64,000 nucleotides of DNA from Phoronis australis (lineage: Eukaryota; Animalia; Phoronida): assembly GCA_002633005.1 (NCBI GenBank), contig NMRA01000599.1:191357-255356 (forward strand), in the 5' to 3' direction. The position numbers and the translations under genes were made by a program. Positions 61,261-64,000 of the stretch are shown here, one piece after another; the stretch's first letter is position 1; every line of letters starts with the position of its first letter. Below the pieces are notes generated by a model, which had not been told where the DNA came from, did no database searches, and saw only the letters and a program-made list of their open reading frames with translations.

Positions 61261-61759
61261 ATGACATGCTTGAAAGTTACTAGCTATTCAAGCACCACGG
61301 CCACAGGTGATACAGTAAAATCGCCTAGAGCGGATACGGAGATTGTGTCATAATTTACTTGTAAAGTTGACACACTGTATCGATGATACTTCACTAGCCA
61401 CTCTTATTAATTCTTAGTCAGTATGAAATTGATGAAATGACCGTGTTTCTTGTTTGGTTATTTACACTGCAACAGACACATCAGTGAGCCATTGTTTATG
61501 TAGAGATTCACTGTAAACGAACAGCTTCTTGTAGACTTAACAGTACTAGCCTCCTTCTGGAATTGGAATGTGAGCCATGCATAAATTTTGAGAAAGGCCC
61601 ATTTACTCCATCAGGAGACTGCTCACCAATTGCGCCCGAAATACGGCTTCTACCGTAGTACACGGCCTCTACTGTTGCACACAGTTTGGCTCTACTTTCC
61701 CGTATGTCGTTTTGATAATGAAGCATATGCAAGACTCTTACTTTCACGTACATGTACAT

Positions 61760-62215
61760 GTATATGGGATAAGAGATACTAAAAGTCTTCGGACTCGGTC
61801 AATACGCGAAATAAAGTCGAATGGGATATTATTTCATATACGTCACTCGAGGTACATTTTTTATTTATCACATACGCTTCGAACACTTTTTATTTTTCGG
61901 CAGATTTGTTTTAATACTTCACCCAAACTGTTCACGGGGCGGGTCACAACCTATAGTGTATGCACTTGAGCGTTATGTTACAAGTTTACTGCAGTTAAAA
62001 AACAGTGTTAAGTGTAACGATTTATTACTTGAGAAGAAATAACAAATGCGGAAACAACTATTGTGCATTGAACTTGTAACAATTTCTGAAACTAATTAAA
62101 TAACAATATTTAACATTGTAATTACCGAGGAATCGGCGCCTGGGCTCATGAAGACAATATAATATTTAGCAAATAAAACTGTTTGGGACCTGACTGCATG
62201 CTGAGTGTCATTTAT
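61760..62215 (+). repeat. Crypton-like palindrome-terminated repeat, copy 2 (contiguous)
   Basis: Aligns to 4690-4930 and then 7255-7390; right boundary uncertain, may extend to ~62430. Confidence 0.6.
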
Positions 62216-62429
62216 ACTGCTGCAACTATAAACTATTTTATGAAAGTTTGTGATCGAGCCGGCTCATGTGACGTCAGTCGCCAAAAGGACGTTGATCTAC
62301 CTTTTGTAATTTCCTTTTCAGAGTATAGAGGGCACTGTGTAATTTCCCTGTCAGAGTATAGAGGGCACAGTTGTCCCGGGAGTACAATACGGAATACAAT
62401 TATACACGGCCGTATTGCACTCAGCTTAT

Positions 62430-64000
62430 TTAACGCGTCTGGGATAAACATAGGTCTACATCCGCTGCATCCGGTAATACAATACTTCCGATTCCTTTTA
62501 TGAAGTTGTTACCCAAGGCTAAATCCCGAAGATTGATGAGCGGCACAAATAATTTTCCTGGCACGTGTTCGATGTTGTTATGACTTAAATTTAGGCTGGC
62601 CACGCCCCTTAGATTAGCAAAGGCTCTCTCGTCTATTGAGGAAATTTCATTGCGACTTAGCGACAGATACCCTAAATTTTGAAGGGAGCCGTTGAATGTG
62701 TATCTAGCAATACTTTTAAGACGGTTACAACTCGGATCCATTTGCCCCAACATAATAAAATCTTGGAAACAATTTTCTTCAATTTTCACTATTTCGTTAC
62801 TTGACAAATGAGTAAAGTTTAATAGTTTTAAATTGCTGAACAAACCAAGCTGCAAGTAATTTAATCTATTACTTTCAAGTGACAATTTTTCTAAGCGTGT
62901 CAGTAATTGAAATGTTCCTTTTTGAATGTCTGCAATCAGATTATCTTTTAAACTCAAGTCCCAAAGATAGGTTAGACCTACAAAAGTATTATTCGTCAAT
63001 CGTGCGATTTCGTTACTTTGCAAAGACAACGAAGACACTATCATAGTTTTCATATGCGCAAACGCCTTATCTTCAACATGAGAGATTTTGTTGTCTTGAA
63101 ATGTCATTCGTTCAGCACGAATATGCTGCATAATTGGCAATGATAGGATGAAAGGGTCAGTTCCTAAATATTCTATAACTAAGTCCTCTGCCAATATATC
63201 ATTTTGTAAAGGACCAGGCATTTTAGATATAATGGTTAGGGACTGAATGGCTATCGTCGGAAGTTGCCAGAGTGAATGTACGAAGATGAAGAGACCAGTA
63301 AATGAGCAGTACTTGAAGATGTCATTTTTTACTTCCGTAAATTCATTGACTTGTATCATAAGTGTGGTTAATGATTGAAAGGGCCTAAAAAGTAAAGCAA
63401 GCACGCTGCTGATATTATTGCCAACCAGAGACAACTTTTTGAGTTGTAATAAAGTGGCAAACGCATCGTTACTAAACGCTACAATTTTGTTGTTGGACAG
63501 ATTAAGGTGCTCTACCTTAAATAACCCGTACAGAGTTTCGTTTGTTACAACTTTCAACGCATTGAGGGATAAATCTAGAAGCCACACACCACTAGGATTT
63601 TCTATCCAGTTTTGTTTAATCAGATCAATCTCATTATCAGATACTTCCAAGTGACTCAGAAAACGAAGCCCATTCAATGCACCCTTTTCAATTGTTTTCA
63701 GTCTACTGCCAGTAATAATAAGATGTTCTAGTGACGGGAGGTATTCAAACAATCTCCTCTTAAGTCGTTCGATGTAGTTACCATTGAGGTCCAGCATTCG
63801 GAGTTGAGACAGTCCTATAAAAGATGATGCATTGATGTTTGCTATTTTGTTATCCTGGAGAATGAGACCGAGCAAGGCACCAAGGTTTCGAAACGGCGAG
63901 TCTATTAATCTGTCGATTTTATTAGAATACAAATATATGTCCTCGGCGTTCTCCAGACCAACTAAAAAGTTTGGATGCAAGGACGACAGTTTGTTGCGCT
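62430..64000 (-). CDS. Leucine-rich-repeat protein (extracellular-type 24-aa LRRs), 5'-partial
   Basis: Many LxxLxLxxNxIxxIxxxxFxxL repeats and N-glycan sequons; frame open to the window edge (RNKLSSLHPNF...); ends at TAA with no LRRCT, TM or TIR. Confidence 0.88.
   Translation of the reverse strand, partial: RNKLSSLHPNFLVGLENAEDIYLYSNKIDRLIDSPFRNLGALLGLILQDNKIANINASSFIGLSQLRMLDLNGNYIERLKRRLFEYLPSLEHLIITGSRLKTIEKGALNGLRFLSHLEVSDNEIDLIKQNWIENPSGVWLLDLSLNALKVVTNETLYGLFKVEHLNLSNNKIVAFSNDAFATLLQLKKLSLVGNNISSVLALLFRPFQSLTTLMIQVNEFTEVKNDIFKYCSFTGLFIFVHSLWQLPTIAIQSLTIISKMPGPLQNDILAEDLVIEYLGTDPFILSLPIMQHIRAERMTFQDNKISHVEDKAFAHMKTMIVSSLSLQSNEIARLTNNTFVGLTYLWDLSLKDNLIADIQKGTFQLLTRLEKLSLESNRLNYLQLGLFSNLKLLNFTHLSSNEIVKIEENCFQDFIMLGQMDPSCNRLKSIARYTFNGSLQNLGYLSLSRNEISSIDERAFANLRGVASLNLSHNNIEHVPGKLFVPLINLRDLALGNNFIKGIGSIVLPDAADVDLCLSQTR

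Overview
A repeat-rich, AT-rich animal genomic window from a draft assembly (probably a marine invertebrate; N gaps at 35678-36648 and 58288-58695, single Ns at 15705, 41790, 50602). No prokaryotic features. Genes: (1) a class A GPCR with one coding exon (8868-10217, +); (2) an 8-exon neutral sphingomyelinase of SMPD2/nSMase1 type (33847->24164, -, 400 aa, exons joined by hand); (3) an intronless ITIH-like VIT+vWA protein with signal peptide and hydrophobic tail (48552-50561, +); (4) an LRR ORF running off the right edge (-), whose apparent continuation (more LRRs, hinge, LGR-like 7TM) is decayed at about 59750-61260. Mobile DNA: a full decayed Ty3/Gypsy element (34395-41732, CAAAC TSD, tRNA-Trp PBS) carrying a nested LINE and DNA-transposon insertions in both LTRs; Kolobok-like and ISL2EU-like elements with THAP relics; CR1/L2 fragments; many MITEs; and Helentron-type (HINE) elements whose ~150-bp tandem monomers each carry a CTCF-like motif. 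Best leads: the CTCF-motif arrays, the open-ectodomain/dead-7TM LRR receptor, a junction implying a ~12.8-kb deletion haplotype across ITIH, a structured GC-rich island, and 57-66-bp hairpin insertions with 9-10-bp TSDs. All calls were made by eye; no database searches were run, and no new biological system is established from this sequence alone.
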